Shown: in pieces, positions 1-12,266 of the stretch | Layout: every line of letters starts with the position of its first letter | Position numbering within the stretch: the first letter of the stretch is position 1 | Assembly: GCA_041674105.1 (NCBI GenBank) | Contig: JBAYWK010000001.1 | Coordinates: 1,136 to 65,135 of the forward strand | Direction of reading: 5' to 3' | DNA: 64,000 bases | From: Minisyncoccota bacterium | Lineage (GTDB): Bacteria > Patescibacteriota > Minisyncoccia > Phycocordibacterales > DATDWN01 | Program-made: the position numbers and the translations under genes | The notes under the pieces: generated by a model | Seen by the model: only the letters and a program-made list of their open reading frames with translations | What the model was told of the DNA's origin: nothing | The model's database searches: none

Positions 1-105
1 TTTTCATTGTATCTTACCTTTCCTACCCTCTAGTATAGCATATATAAACAAAAAAATCAAGTAAATACTTGATTTTTTTGTTTTTGGATCTATCCTTAGA
101 CATAT

Positions 106-2056
<1,951 letters not shown>

Positions 2057-2228
2057 GATATTTACAGCTTTCTTAGAAACTTTATTTTTTCCTTGTATTT
2101 TTTTCATACCTTTAATTTGTTAGACTGATAATACTTATAAATGCCTAAACAGTATATGCACACAAAGTTTACTAGTCAACTAATAAAACATTTGCCTATT
2201 TTTGACATTTAGGTATACTATGTAAATC

Positions 2229-2459
2229 ATGAGTACGGCTCATATAATTTCGTATGTACAGATTATACTATCTCTCCTTCTTATTGGAGGTATTCTACTA
2301 CAACAGTCTGACGCAGGCTTAGGTGGTGCTTTTGGGGGTGGTGATGGTTTTTCTTCTGGAAAACATACAAAAAGAGGTCCTGAAAAATTTATATTTATTT
2401 CAACTATTGTAGTAGCTATACTACTATCAATAACCTCTTTCAGTTTACTTCTATTATAA
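2229..2459 (+). CDS. secG: Preprotein translocase subunit SecG-like small membrane protein
   Basis: 76 aa with two TM segments and the Gly-rich loop LLQQSDAGLGGAFGGGDGF, typical of SecG. Confidence 0.65.
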   Translation: MSTAHIISYVQIILSLLLIGGILLQQSDAGLGGAFGGGDGFSSGKHTKRGPEKFIFISTIVVAILLSITSFSLLLL

Positions 2460-2493
2460 GCATTAACTAGCGAAAGCTTTATAAATTAATTTT

Positions 2494-4236
2494 GTGAATA
2501 AAGAATCGTTTAAAGCGATTATAAAGAAAAGGTGGAAAATCCCATATTCAGAGACAATATCAAAGACTATTGGTTCGTTTTCTCTTACAGAAAAAGTTAT
2601 CTTCTATTTATTTATATCTATATTTATAATAAGTAGTGTTGTGATGTTATGGAGAGTAAATGAATCTTATCTAGTAAAAATACCGACTTATGGAGGGACT
2701 CTCACAGAAGGAATAGTTGGCTATCCGAGATTTGTTAACCCTCTTTTATCTGTTTCTGATATAGATAGAGACCTAACTTCTCTTTTATACTCTGGCTTAA
2801 TGAAAGTAGATTCAGAAGGAAACTTGGTCCCAGACTTAGCGGAAGACTACTCAATATCAGAAGACGGAAAGACATATACTTTCACACTAAAAGATGATCT
2901 GTATTTTCATGACAATCAACCGATTACTGTAGATGACATTATTTTCACTATTGAAAAATCAAAAGATCCTATAATAAAAAGCCCTAGAAGAGTAAACTGG
3001 GAAGGTGTTGAGGTTATTAAAGTTGATGAAAAGACAATTGAGTTTATACTTAGACAAGCATATTCACCATTTATACAAAACACTACAATAGGAATACTAC
3101 CAAAACATATATGGAGCGGTGTAAGTAGCGAAGAATTCCCTTTTAGCCAGTTCAATATAAACCCTGTCGGATCTGGACCATACAAGGTTGACTCTATTGT
3201 ATACAGTGACGGAGGACTCCCTAAGGAATACAAACTAACCTCATTTAAAAAATATGCTTCTGGAAGACCATACATAACACATATAAATATAAAAACATAT
3301 GCAAATGATAAGGACTTGACTGATGCTTACAAAAAAGGAGATGTAATATCTATATATGGAATAAGTCCACAACTTTTAAGCGAGTTGAAAATACCGGAAG
3401 GAGACTTGAAAACCGCTCCCCTTCCTAGGGTTTTCGGTGTATTTCTAAACCAAAACTCAGCTCCAGCATTACTAAGAAACGAGGTCAGAGAAGCTCTAGA
3501 TATTGCCACAAACAAAAAAGAAATTATAGATACTGTTTTAGGTGGATATGGACAACCTATAAGTGGCCCAATACCTCCAAAAACTTTAGACCAAACAGAA
3601 TATACTTTTGATGAAACAAACATTGAAAGAGCCAAAGAACTACTTGCTTCAAACGGTTGGAAGGAAGATGAAAATGGTATATTAGAAAAAACTTCCGGAA
3701 AAGAGAAAATTAAATTGACCTTTTCAGTATCCACATCAGCTTCACCTGAATTGAAAGCCACAGCTCAAATGCTTCAAGCCGAGTGGCAAAAGATAGGCGC
3801 TCTAGTAGACATAAAAATATTTGATGTTGGTGACCTAAATCAAAATATAATAAAACCAAGAAAATACGATTCTTTATTATTTGGTGAAATAATAGGAAGA
3901 GACTTAGACCTTTATCCTTTTTGGCATTCATCCCAAAGAAATGACCCTGGTCTAAATGTTTCTATGTATACGAGTGTAAAAGCAGATAAAATATTAGAAA
4001 ATATAAGAGGTACTGTGGATCCAGAAGCCTTAGAAAAATTGTACACAGATTTTACAAAAGAAGTATCAAATGATAAACCAGCAATATTTCTTTATTCACC
4101 TTATTTCATTTATATAATGCCAACTTCTATACATAATGTTAAACTCGGACAACTAACAACACCATCTGAAAGATTTGATGGTATAGAGAATTGGTATATA
4201 GAAACAAATAGCGTTTGGAAAATATTTACAAAATAA
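2494..4236 (+). CDS. ABC transporter substrate-binding protein, family 5 (OppA/DppA-like peptide/nickel binding), N-terminal membrane anchor
   Basis: 580 aa with an N-terminal TM helix followed by an SBP_bac_5-like sequence (GGTLTEGIVGYPRFVNPLL..., KDDLYFHDNQPITVDDI). Confidence 0.65.
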   Translation: MNKESFKAIIKKRWKIPYSETISKTIGSFSLTEKVIFYLFISIFIISSVVMLWRVNESYLVKIPTYGGTLTEGIVGYPRFVNPLLSVSDIDRDLTSLLYSGLMKVDSEGNLVPDLAEDYSISEDGKTYTFTLKDDLYFHDNQPITVDDIIFTIEKSKDPIIKSPRRVNWEGVEVIKVDEKTIEFILRQAYSPFIQNTTIGILPKHIWSGVSSEEFPFSQFNINPVGSGPYKVDSIVYSDGGLPKEYKLTSFKKYASGRPYITHINIKTYANDKDLTDAYKKGDVISIYGISPQLLSELKIPEGDLKTAPLPRVFGVFLNQNSAPALLRNEVREALDIATNKKEIIDTVLGGYGQPISGPIPPKTLDQTEYTFDETNIERAKELLASNGWKEDENGILEKTSGKEKIKLTFSVSTSASPELKATAQMLQAEWQKIGALVDIKIFDVGDLNQNIIKPRKYDSLLFGEIIGRDLDLYPFWHSSQRNDPGLNVSMYTSVKADKILENIRGTVDPEALEKLYTDFTKEVSNDKPAIFLYSPYFIYIMPTSIHNVKLGQLTTPSERFDGIENWYIETNSVWKIFTK

Positions 4237-4257
4237 ATTATAAATAATCTTATTAAA

Positions 4258-6072
4258 ATGGAAAACACAAATACGCAAGAAACGAGAAGAGACACTGGAC
4301 CATCCAGAAGTAGAGGGCCCTCTAAAAGATCTTACTCTAGAAGAGACATCCCTTTAAAAATGACTAGAAAGACCAACGATATAATTCCTAGTGCAGGAGA
4401 TAATATCCGTATTATTCCCTTAGGAGGAGTAGAAGAAATAGGAAAAAATATGACAATGATTGAGTATAAAGACGACATCATAGTTATAGATATGGGATTC
4501 CAATTTAAAGATGATGATACTCCCGGAGTGGACTATATTTTACCAAACACAAAATACCTAGAAGATAGGAAAGACAAAATAAGAGGGGTAATAATAACTC
4601 ACGGACACTTAGACCACATAGGAGGTATTCCTTATATAATAGATAGAATCGGAAACCCACCTATCTATACCAGAGCTTTAACTAGCGTAATGATACGCAA
4701 GAGACAAGAGGAATTTCCTCACCTTCCAAACCTTGATATAAAAGTCGTGGAAAAAGAAGATAAGATACTTTTGGGAAACTTAAAAGTTAGATTTTTCTCT
4801 GTGACTCACACTATTCCCGACTCTATGGGACTTATAATAGAAACGCCTTTCGGATCTTTAGTGACTCCTGGAGATATCAAACTAGACCATGTGGACGGAG
4901 TGCCCACAGAAGCCGAAGAAAAAGAATACAAGCAATTTGAAAAAGAAAATGTTTTGCTTTTGATGATGGACTCAACAAATGTTGATAACCCAGGATTTTC
5001 TACACCAGAAAGACTAGTCCATGAAAACCTAGACAACATAATAAAAAATATCCAAGGAAGATTAGTTATTGGAACTTTTGCATCACAGTTAGAACGTGTG
5101 ATGAAAATAATTCTAATTGCTGAGAAATATGGGAAAAAAGTAGTGGTTGAAGGACGAAGTATGAAAAACAATATTGAGATTATCCGTAATATGGGAATTC
5201 TCAATGTTAAAAAAGATACTATTATCACTACAGACGAGATGGAAAACTATCCACCGGACAGAATCGTAGCTTTGGCTACAGGAGCCCAAGGAGATGAGTT
5301 TGCAGCTCTAATGAGAATGTCAAACAAGACTCACAAATATTTCAAAATAACACCGAGAGACACAATCCTTTTGTCCTCTTCTATTATCCCTGGAAACGAA
5401 AAATCTGTCCAAAAGCTAAAAGATAACTTAGCAAGACAAGGTGCAAAAATAATTCACTACCGTTCATCTGATGTGTATATTCACTCTACTGGGCACGGAA
5501 ATAGAGGTGAGCTTGAATGGCTACATAGAAAAATAAAACCTAAATTCTTTATGCCGATGCACGGAAGTCATTATATGCTTAGGCAACACGAAGATTTAGC
5601 AAAAGGTGTTGGTATGCCAGCTGAAAACATAATTGTTCCAGACAATGGGAGTATTCTAGAAATCCAAGATAATGGAACAAAATTTGTTAGATTGAAAGAA
5701 CAAGCTCCTAGTGGAATGGTTATGGTTGATGGTTTTTCTATTGGAGATGTCCAAGAACTTGTTATGCGTGATAGAAAAATGCTTGCCCAAGATGGTATGT
5801 TTGTAATTATTGCAAGTATAAATACTAAGACAGGAAGATTAAAAAAATCACCAGACATTATATCTAGAGGATTTGTATACCTCAGGGAATCACAAGACTT
5901 ATTACAACAAGCTAGAATAATAATAAAAAAGAGCGTAGAAGAAACTACCAGAGGAATGAACCCTATAAACTTTGATTTTGTAAAATCTACAGTTTCAGAT
6001 AATGTCGGAAGGTTTCTATTCCAAAAGACAGCTAAAAAACCTATCGTCATACCAGTTATACTCGGAGTATAA
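4258..6072 (+). CDS. rnj: Ribonuclease J (metallo-beta-lactamase / beta-CASP RNase)
   Basis: It has the HGHLDHIGG motif. PLGGVEEIGKNMTMIEY..IVIDMG at the start and the 604 aa length are typical of RNase J1/J2, and it carries a basic N-terminal extension. Confidence 0.85.
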   Translation: MENTNTQETRRDTGPSRSRGPSKRSYSRRDIPLKMTRKTNDIIPSAGDNIRIIPLGGVEEIGKNMTMIEYKDDIIVIDMGFQFKDDDTPGVDYILPNTKYLEDRKDKIRGVIITHGHLDHIGGIPYIIDRIGNPPIYTRALTSVMIRKRQEEFPHLPNLDIKVVEKEDKILLGNLKVRFFSVTHTIPDSMGLIIETPFGSLVTPGDIKLDHVDGVPTEAEEKEYKQFEKENVLLLMMDSTNVDNPGFSTPERLVHENLDNIIKNIQGRLVIGTFASQLERVMKIILIAEKYGKKVVVEGRSMKNNIEIIRNMGILNVKKDTIITTDEMENYPPDRIVALATGAQGDEFAALMRMSNKTHKYFKITPRDTILLSSSIIPGNEKSVQKLKDNLARQGAKIIHYRSSDVYIHSTGHGNRGELEWLHRKIKPKFFMPMHGSHYMLRQHEDLAKGVGMPAENIIVPDNGSILEIQDNGTKFVRLKEQAPSGMVMVDGFSIGDVQELVMRDRKMLAQDGMFVIIASINTKTGRLKKSPDIISRGFVYLRESQDLLQQARIIIKKSVEETTRGMNPINFDFVKSTVSDNVGRFLFQKTAKKPIVIPVILGV

Positions 6073-6120
6073 TAAATATTTCTTTTTTAATTATATCTTT
6101 TAAGATACAATATATATTGT

Positions 6121-7296
6121 ATGGGAAAAATCGTATCTATTTTAAGGCAAAGTAAATTACTAAATGTAATTTTTATTTGTCAGATATTTTTATCTTTTCA
6201 CTATTACCTAATAATATATATAAACTCTTCTTTTCTAGATCAGTTTTTTACAGAAACTCAAATCAGTAGTTTATATATCATAGGTTCAGTCTTAAGCATA
6301 TTCGTACTCCTTAACATATCAAAGCTCTTAAAAAAAATAGGAAATTATAAAACAACTTTATATGGAATAGCGTTAGAAATGATATCTATCTTAGGTCTAA
6401 CTCTGTCTTCAAACCCTTTCCTAATAGCTCTATATTTCACTATCACTCAAATAGTAAACCTAACAATCTTGTTTAACCTTGATATTTTTCTAGAAAGTCT
6501 CTCTACAAAAGAAGAAGACACCGGAAGTATAAGGAGTATCTATCTTACCGTATCAAATATAACTTTAGTCATAGCTCCTACTATAGCCTCTTTCCTCATA
6601 ATCCAAGATACTTATTGGAGAGTTTACGCAACCTCTTTTCTTTTTATAATTCCTCTATATATTTTTATAAAAAGATATTTCAAAGATTATAAAGACACAA
6701 CCGAAAAACATATAAAAATAAGAGAAACTATAAAGGAGTACCTCCGTGAAAAAAAACTTTACAATATATTTATAATATATTTTTTACTTCAATTTTTTTA
6801 TGCTTTTATGGTGGTTTATACTCCAATATATTTACGAAACATTGGTTTTGCTTGGTCAGAAATTGGAATTATGTTTACAATAATGCTTTTACCTTTTGTC
6901 ATCTTTCAAATACCTGTAGGAAACTTGGCGGACAACAAGTATGGAGAAAAAGAATTTATGACAATAGGACTCATTATTATAGGACTAGCTACAATGTCTA
7001 TGGGCTTTATAACCACACAGAGTTTTATTATTTGGACATCTCTTTTATTTATGTCCCGTGTAGGGGCAAGTATTTTAGAAATAACAGCTGATAGCTACTT
7101 CTTTAAACAAGTAAATCAAGAAAAAACAAATCTAATAGGTTTCTATAGAATAGCTAGACCTTTATCATTTGTCGTTGCTCCTATAGTCACAACTATTGCT
7201 TCTCAATTTATTCCACTTCAATATACTTTCTTGGTCATGGGAGCCTTTATGATAATAGGCGTAAAATATAGTCTTTCAATAATAGACTCAAGATAA
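6121..7296 (+). CDS. MFS-type membrane transporter (12 TM predicted)
   Basis: 391 aa, highly hydrophobic with repeated TM helices in the 6+6 organisation typical of MFS. Confidence 0.55.
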   Translation: MGKIVSILRQSKLLNVIFICQIFLSFHYYLIIYINSSFLDQFFTETQISSLYIIGSVLSIFVLLNISKLLKKIGNYKTTLYGIALEMISILGLTLSSNPFLIALYFTITQIVNLTILFNLDIFLESLSTKEEDTGSIRSIYLTVSNITLVIAPTIASFLIIQDTYWRVYATSFLFIIPLYIFIKRYFKDYKDTTEKHIKIRETIKEYLREKKLYNIFIIYFLLQFFYAFMVVYTPIYLRNIGFAWSEIGIMFTIMLLPFVIFQIPVGNLADNKYGEKEFMTIGLIIIGLATMSMGFITTQSFIIWTSLLFMSRVGASILEITADSYFFKQVNQEKTNLIGFYRIARPLSFVVAPIVTTIASQFIPLQYTFLVMGAFMIIGVKYSLSIIDSR

Positions 7297-7297
7297 A

Positions 7298-9199
7298 TTA
7301 AGATAATATTTTTAGAATTTCTTCTAATTTTATTTCAGCCACATCTATAACAGAATCAGCTCCTCCATAGTACATAAGAATCTTTCCGTCTCTCAAAACA
7401 GCGCCACAAGGAAAGACAACGTTGTTAACTTGTCCAGTTAAATCGTGCTCATCTAAAGGAGAGAAAATATAATCTGTCGTTCTAGATAAGACAATAGTAG
7501 GATCTTTGAGGTCTAGCAAGGCAGCTCCAACTCTATAAACGGAATTTTCTGAAACGCCGTGATACAAAAGAATCCAACCTTTTTTAGTTTTTATAGGAGG
7601 AGCAGATATTCCCACTTTTTTACTATCCCACATACCTCTTCTTGGAAGTAAAAGTGGTATATTTTTAAATGAATTTCTTTCGGTAAAAGCTGGAGTCTTC
7701 CCATAATCAACACATATATAATTATTTACTCTATGAAAGAGCATATACTTACCTTTAATCAACTCCGGGTGAAGACATCCATCTTTATCGTCTACCCCAT
7801 CTGCAGTAACCAAAACAGGTTTAGACCAATTCCATTTTCTATCTACAAAATCTTTCTTTGAGATATAGGACATAGCTACAGCTGGAGGAGTTATACCGTT
7901 GTACGCAGTATAATAGACATATATTGTATTGCCTATCTGAGTTAGTCTAGGGTCTTCACACCCAGAATTACCTCCAGGAATTCTCTTTTCTTCAAAATAC
8001 TCTCTAGGAACATAGACAGGATTATCTCCTTTATAAGTTATCTTTGTTCCATTCTTTGTCAAAGCAATTCCCATTACGGAAGTATTATCTTCAGACATCG
8101 CCCTATACAAAATACTTATTACACCATTTATATCTATACAAGCAGGATTAAAGATGGCTCTTGATTCCCAAAAAACATCTTTTCTTGGAACAATCAAAGG
8201 ACCCTTGGTTAGTCTTCTGAAACCACTTTCTTTATGAGGATATTTCATCGATTTTATAAGTGATTCCAAAGAAACTGTGGCCAAAGCTACGGTTGTGTCG
8301 GTTGACCCATAATATATATATAAATCTTTTCCTCTGATAATGGCTCCACTTGGAAATATTGTATTTCTGACCATTCCATATATTTCATACTGTTCTTCAG
8401 GCACCAAAATTGGACCTTTAGTTTTACCTATTATTTTTAAAGGATTCTTTAAATCTAGAAGTAGGCATTCTATACCAAAAATTTTATTTGAACTCAGATA
8501 ATTTTGTATACTTGAATAAACTAAAAGCCAGCCATCTTTTGTCTTTACAGGACAACCTCCTATTTCAACATGATCGCCTGGCGATTTTGGAATTGTTAAA
8601 ATGTGTTTATCTAAATCTTTATACCATTTATTCCAATAATCTTCTGACCAAATATCTTCTATTTTATCAAATTCAGCCAAGGCAATACTGGAAGGTGGTA
8701 AATCAGGGTGAACTGTAAGCAAGGCCACATACTTACCATTTATTTTTTCTGGAAACAAAGTCATGGCTTTGGCATTAAACGGTGTGACCAAATGCTTTTC
8801 ATAAACCTTTTTTAAATCATTGCTTATAGCTAAGCCAACTTTTATACCTTGAGCCGTAAATGGGTAAACAGATAAGGCTGTATAAAAAATATAATATTTA
8901 GAACCTATTTTTGTAACTCTCGGGTCCTCACATCCAAATCTTTCCCATTTCTCTTCTGGTAAAATAAACTGTTCCCTTTTAGTAAAATTTATACCATCAC
9001 GACTAACAGCTTTACTTATACTAGATAAAGAAAAAATATCATTACCCACCTTCTCTGGTAGTGATTGAGCTCTATATAATAGATTTATGCTAGAGCCAAC
9101 CATTATAGGATTACCATTGAAAGTTGCATAACCTTCAGAAGAATGTCCTTTCTCTGGACCTATTAGTGGGTTCTTTTTGTTTCTTTTAACGATAAACAT
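7298..9199 (-). CDS. Tandem GH130-family glycoside phosphorylase/hydrolase-like protein (two GH130-like beta-propeller domains)
   Basis: 633 aa with two repeats that each end in the GH130 C-terminal motif (LYIYYGSTDTTVALA and ILMYYGGADSVIDVA), plus conserved DPR/EDPR motifs. Confidence 0.65.
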   Translation of the reverse strand: MFIVKRNKKNPLIGPEKGHSSEGYATFNGNPIMVGSSINLLYRAQSLPEKVGNDIFSLSSISKAVSRDGINFTKREQFILPEEKWERFGCEDPRVTKIGSKYYIFYTALSVYPFTAQGIKVGLAISNDLKKVYEKHLVTPFNAKAMTLFPEKINGKYVALLTVHPDLPPSSIALAEFDKIEDIWSEDYWNKWYKDLDKHILTIPKSPGDHVEIGGCPVKTKDGWLLVYSSIQNYLSSNKIFGIECLLLDLKNPLKIIGKTKGPILVPEEQYEIYGMVRNTIFPSGAIIRGKDLYIYYGSTDTTVALATVSLESLIKSMKYPHKESGFRRLTKGPLIVPRKDVFWESRAIFNPACIDINGVISILYRAMSEDNTSVMGIALTKNGTKITYKGDNPVYVPREYFEEKRIPGGNSGCEDPRLTQIGNTIYVYYTAYNGITPPAVAMSYISKKDFVDRKWNWSKPVLVTADGVDDKDGCLHPELIKGKYMLFHRVNNYICVDYGKTPAFTERNSFKNIPLLLPRRGMWDSKKVGISAPPIKTKKGWILLYHGVSENSVYRVGAALLDLKDPTIVLSRTTDYIFSPLDEHDLTGQVNNVVFPCGAVLRDGKILMYYGGADSVIDVAEIKLEEILKILS

Positions 9200-9210
9200 T
9201 TATGGAATAA

Positions 9211-11094
9211 TTATAACATTTTCTCTGAAACTTTTTTCAGATTATATGTTTCTTTTGGAGAATTGACTAGGTGATCTAACAAATCTTCTAGTTTAGTGGT
9301 TGCTACACATATAACCTTGTCACCCCCACCATAATATATATATAAATCATCTCCTTTTATTATAGCCCCTGAATTATAGACCACTCCTGGTTTACCATCA
9401 TTTTCATAATGCATATCGGGTGAAAGAAGAGGGTTTGTTGATCTGTACAATATCTTAGTAGGATTTCCGGCGTCAAGAATCATTGCTCCAAGTTTATATT
9501 TATTTGGATCAAACTTATCCATTGCGTGATACAACAGAAGCCATCCCAATCTCGTTCTTATTGGAGGAGGGCCCGCTCCACGAACTTTATTGTCCCAGTA
9601 TAAATCTCTACCTCCTTTTGGCGGAGAACTTTTTATATATTTAGAATCATCAAAATCATCTAGATCATCTATGTAATCAACCAATATTTTAGGAGAAACT
9701 CCATGAAGTATTGCATACTTACCTTTTATCTTTTCTGGAAATAATACCCAGTTTTTATGTACTTCTCCTGGCGGAGAAATAAGTACAGGTTTTTTCCACT
9801 TCCAATGACCCCTTTTAAAATCCTCATTACTTATAGATGTAATAGCAATCCTAACAGAATGCCACCCTTCAAAAGCCACATAGATCATATAAATAGTATC
9901 GTCAATCTTAACAACTCTTGGATCCTCGGCTCCACACCAACCTCCACCAGAAGTATAATAGCCAGGAGTATATGCTACTGGACCCCTATACATTTTGGAA
10001 TCGGCCATTCCAAAACCCAAGGATGGTTCAAAAACTGGATAATTTAGCCTTTTTGCAAATGAAACACCGTCTAAGCTCTGGGCATAACCTACTCTAGATA
10101 TTCCATCTCCTCCCATAGCTCTATACAAAATATGAACAACACCTTCTTCATCAGTGAAAACTGCAGGATTAAATACCGCTTCAGATTCCCATTCATTATG
10201 TGGATGAGGTTTTATTATTGGGTTAGAAACACAACGCTTTAATATATCGGATGTTTTTATATGAGGAATTAAAACATCTCTAAAGAGAATAGGGACAGAA
10301 ATAACTATTATGGAACCTTGGCTCTCCAACCAATAAATATTCATTCTTTCATTTAACACTATTCCTCCTATGCACTTTATATGACTACCTTTCTTATGAG
10401 TCTCCAATATAGACTGAATAATAGGATCATCGGATCTCCACAAAACCCTGTTAGAATCATCTTTATCAAGTAAAACAGCACCAATTTGCAATAATATTTT
10501 ATTATTATGGTTCACAGAAGCATCATACAAAACCAGAACGCCTCTTGGAGTTTTAAATGAACCTATAATAACTATTGGGTCTTCATCAAAGCGTCCACCT
10601 CTAGATGTAAAAATCAAACTAGGTAGACTTTTCCAAGTTAATAAATTTTTTGAAGATTGCCTTCTGACAAATAAACCATCTCTAAAAATTTCAAATTCTG
10701 AAAGTTTTTCATTATAGAAGACTGTGGCCTTTTCTGAATCTCCTGAATCTAGCTCAGACTTTACATTCCACTCATAACCATCTTTTGATAAAGCTATGAT
10801 TATTTTTTTATCCTTTTTCTCTTCTCTTATGTAGGTTGCTACTAAACCCCTTGAAGTTCCTGAAATAGAAAAATTTGAACAATGTGATAAGTTTTCTTGT
10901 TTCTTATCTTTTTTATTTAAAGTAACTTTCTTTGAATCTGGATGAAAATTTATTCCGTCTGTACTCATTGATATATAGAGTACCTCTTTTGTGCCTTGTT
11001 GTTTTTTTGACAACATTGCTACGCAATCACCAACATTAAATATCGCCATTGGAATATCAGATATTTTTTTGGTTTTGGCGATATCTTTTTTCAT
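9211..11094 (-). CDS. Second tandem GH130-family glycoside phosphorylase-like protein
   Basis: 627 aa with NPAVF..EGVVHILYRAMG, EDPRVVKIDDTIYMIYVA and the C-terminal LYIYYGGGDKVICVA. It is a paralog of the adjacent gene. Confidence 0.6.
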   Translation of the reverse strand: MKKDIAKTKKISDIPMAIFNVGDCVAMLSKKQQGTKEVLYISMSTDGINFHPDSKKVTLNKKDKKQENLSHCSNFSISGTSRGLVATYIREEKKDKKIIIALSKDGYEWNVKSELDSGDSEKATVFYNEKLSEFEIFRDGLFVRRQSSKNLLTWKSLPSLIFTSRGGRFDEDPIVIIGSFKTPRGVLVLYDASVNHNNKILLQIGAVLLDKDDSNRVLWRSDDPIIQSILETHKKGSHIKCIGGIVLNERMNIYWLESQGSIIVISVPILFRDVLIPHIKTSDILKRCVSNPIIKPHPHNEWESEAVFNPAVFTDEEGVVHILYRAMGGDGISRVGYAQSLDGVSFAKRLNYPVFEPSLGFGMADSKMYRGPVAYTPGYYTSGGGWCGAEDPRVVKIDDTIYMIYVAFEGWHSVRIAITSISNEDFKRGHWKWKKPVLISPPGEVHKNWVLFPEKIKGKYAILHGVSPKILVDYIDDLDDFDDSKYIKSSPPKGGRDLYWDNKVRGAGPPPIRTRLGWLLLYHAMDKFDPNKYKLGAMILDAGNPTKILYRSTNPLLSPDMHYENDGKPGVVYNSGAIIKGDDLYIYYGGGDKVICVATTKLEDLLDHLVNSPKETYNLKKVSEKML

Positions 11095-11435
11095 TTTACC
11101 CTATTATATTTATCTTCTAACCTGACAATATCGTTCTCATCAAAATCTCCTTTGGATATTTCTAGTATAACGACTTCCCCACTGGGGGCGGCGATTCTAT
11201 GTTTAACCCCTTCCAAAATCACAAACTCATCACCAGGACTTGCGGTCTTTACCTCATCACCAATAGTCAAATCTGGGTTACCTGATATAACCCTCCAAAA
11301 TTCCTGCCTTTTTTCGTGGTATTGCAAACTTAATATCTCACCCTCTTTAACATAGATTAGTTTTACAGTTGAAGGTTCATTGTGTGTAAACATATCAAAC
11401 GAACCCCAAGGTCGGGTTACATTTACTGTACTCAT
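11091..11435 (-). CDS. Cupin-type mannose-6-phosphate isomerase domain protein (type II PMI C-terminal cupin)
   Basis: RPWGSF...KLIYVKEGEILSLQYHEKRQEFWRVISG matches the ManC C-terminal cupin signature. It overlaps the upstream GH130 gene by 4 nt, suggesting an operon. Confidence 0.65.
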   Translation of the reverse strand: MSTVNVTRPWGSFDMFTHNEPSTVKLIYVKEGEILSLQYHEKRQEFWRVISGNPDLTIGDEVKTASPGDEFVILEGVKHRIAAPSGEVVILEISKGDFDENDIVRLEDKYNRVK

Positions 11436-11492
11436 AAAAACATTGTATCACAACCAAAAAATAAGGGCTAAAATCCGTTCTGTGTATAACTT

Positions 11493-12248
11493 TTAGATAT
11501 AATTATCAAATATTTTTATAGTTTCCTCTGGACCAGAAACAGATATAGTCAAGACTCCTGTACTTTTTACACTCTCATCATTACCCCCAGGAAAAAGAGC
11601 ATCGCCAATAAAAATAATATCTTCTTTAGAGCAACTTAGGACTTCTAGTATTTTGCCTATAGCATAAGCCTTATCTATTCCTTTTGGAGTAATGTCTATA
11701 GAGGTAGAACCTCCTATCCTTATTTCAAATTCAGGTATTTCTTCTTTTAAGATTTTGACCATTTCCTGTCTTTTTGTTTTATCCTTATCCCACAACTCTT
11801 TTACAGAAAGTGGTGCCTCTTGTCCTCTACCTGAAAAAGTAACTTGTCCCCCTCTGTCTTCTATTATTTCCCCATAAGAACCTTTAAGATCCATATTAAG
11901 AGATTCTATAGCTTTATTTAGAGCCTTAAATACCCTCTCCTTTTCCTCTTCAGTCAAATTTTCTTCATACAGCTTACTCCAGTCACTTGTGAGATAATCA
12001 TATGTATAGCAAGAACTTCCGTTTGTTGGAAATATAAATAAATTTTTCTTTAATTCATTTGAAAAATCTAGTTGTGACAAAAATTGACTTTGAAATTGAG
12101 GAAATCCTGCCCCAGATATTACAGCAAAACGATTATTCTTTAAGACTTGGCAGATTTTATGAGACATCTCTTTCTCCAAATCTGACTTGCTTTTAGTCAA
12201 AGTTCCGTCCAAATCACAAACTATTACTTTACCTTTTGAATCAGACAT
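11493..12248 (-). CDS. Eukaryotic-type phosphomannomutase (HAD-IIB superfamily)
   Basis: VCDLDGTLT is the HAD motif I. The 251 aa length and the C-terminal IGDALFPGGNDESV fit the PMM family. Confidence 0.6.
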   Translation of the reverse strand: MSDSKGKVIVCDLDGTLTKSKSDLEKEMSHKICQVLKNNRFAVISGAGFPQFQSQFLSQLDFSNELKKNLFIFPTNGSSCYTYDYLTSDWSKLYEENLTEEEKERVFKALNKAIESLNMDLKGSYGEIIEDRGGQVTFSGRGQEAPLSVKELWDKDKTKRQEMVKILKEEIPEFEIRIGGSTSIDITPKGIDKAYAIGKILEVLSCSKEDIIFIGDALFPGGNDESVKSTGVLTISVSGPEETIKIFDNYI

Positions 12249-12266
12249 AATAATTACATTATAATA

